In this document: positions 63,879-64,000 of the stretch, piece by piece
Numbering within the stretch: the stretch's first letter is position 1
Layout of the letters: each line of letters starts with the position of its first letter
Source: Malacoraja senta
Lineage: Eukaryota
Assembly (NCBI GenBank): GCA_038087875.1
Contig: CM075978.1
Location: 180,048,001 to 180,112,000, forward strand
Direction: 5' to 3'
DNA: 64,000 bases
The notes under the pieces: generated by a model
Databases searched by the model: none
The model's input: only the letters and a program-made list of their open reading frames with translations
What the model was told of the DNA's origin: nothing
Made by a program: the position numbers and the translations under genes

Positions 63879-64000
63879 CTTCACAACCGCAGCTTAACAA
63901 GAGGTCTAGGGCAAATTCCGTGTTTTCCACATTGGTATCATGGATAAGTGTGTAGTATCCATTTTTCCAACGTCTTAATTCTCCTCGACAAACAGGAACA
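63879..64000 (-). CDS. ogfod1: OGFOD1 prolyl 3-hydroxylase, internal exon (truncated by window end)
   Basis: Translates VPVCRGELRRWKNGYYTLIHDTNVENTEFALDLLLSCGCE with donor G|gtaaat. Recognised as the OGFOD1 C-terminal domain (human ...[21 protein letters not shown]...EFALDLILYCGCE, from memory). Confidence 0.93.

Overview
Vertebrate genomic DNA, most likely a cartilaginous fish (skate/ray/shark). This is inferred from HE1-like V-SINEs, CR1 LINEs and Penelope-derived repeats. About half of the window is transposon-derived. Two host genes, both on the minus strand, could be reconstructed by hand from splice sites. (1) At the right edge are the last three coding exons of ogfod1 (62179-64000). 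(2) A five-exon, about 321-aa type I membrane Ig-superfamily gene (57150 to 35818) has the layout leader / germline-joined VJ-type V domain resembling NKp30 (NCR3) / C1-set domain / uncharged TM / tail with a CD4-like KTCxxCxH motif. The left 28 kb is a nest of transposons. It contains a non-autonomous Helitron (5998-9775) carrying minisatellites and a CR1 insertion that creates a chimeric repeat-RT ORF, and a DIRS1 element (16662-21869) inserted into the RT region of a related DIRS1 that has intact termini but decayed ORFs (14059-24286). Also present are Penelope fragments with many minimal hammerhead-ribozyme motifs, a MITE, Rex/Babar and CR1 remnants, two L1 copies inside the Ig gene, and several copies of a GC-rich non-coding retroposon. 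No database searches were run; family assignments rest on motif recognition, and repeat boundaries are approximate unless stated otherwise.
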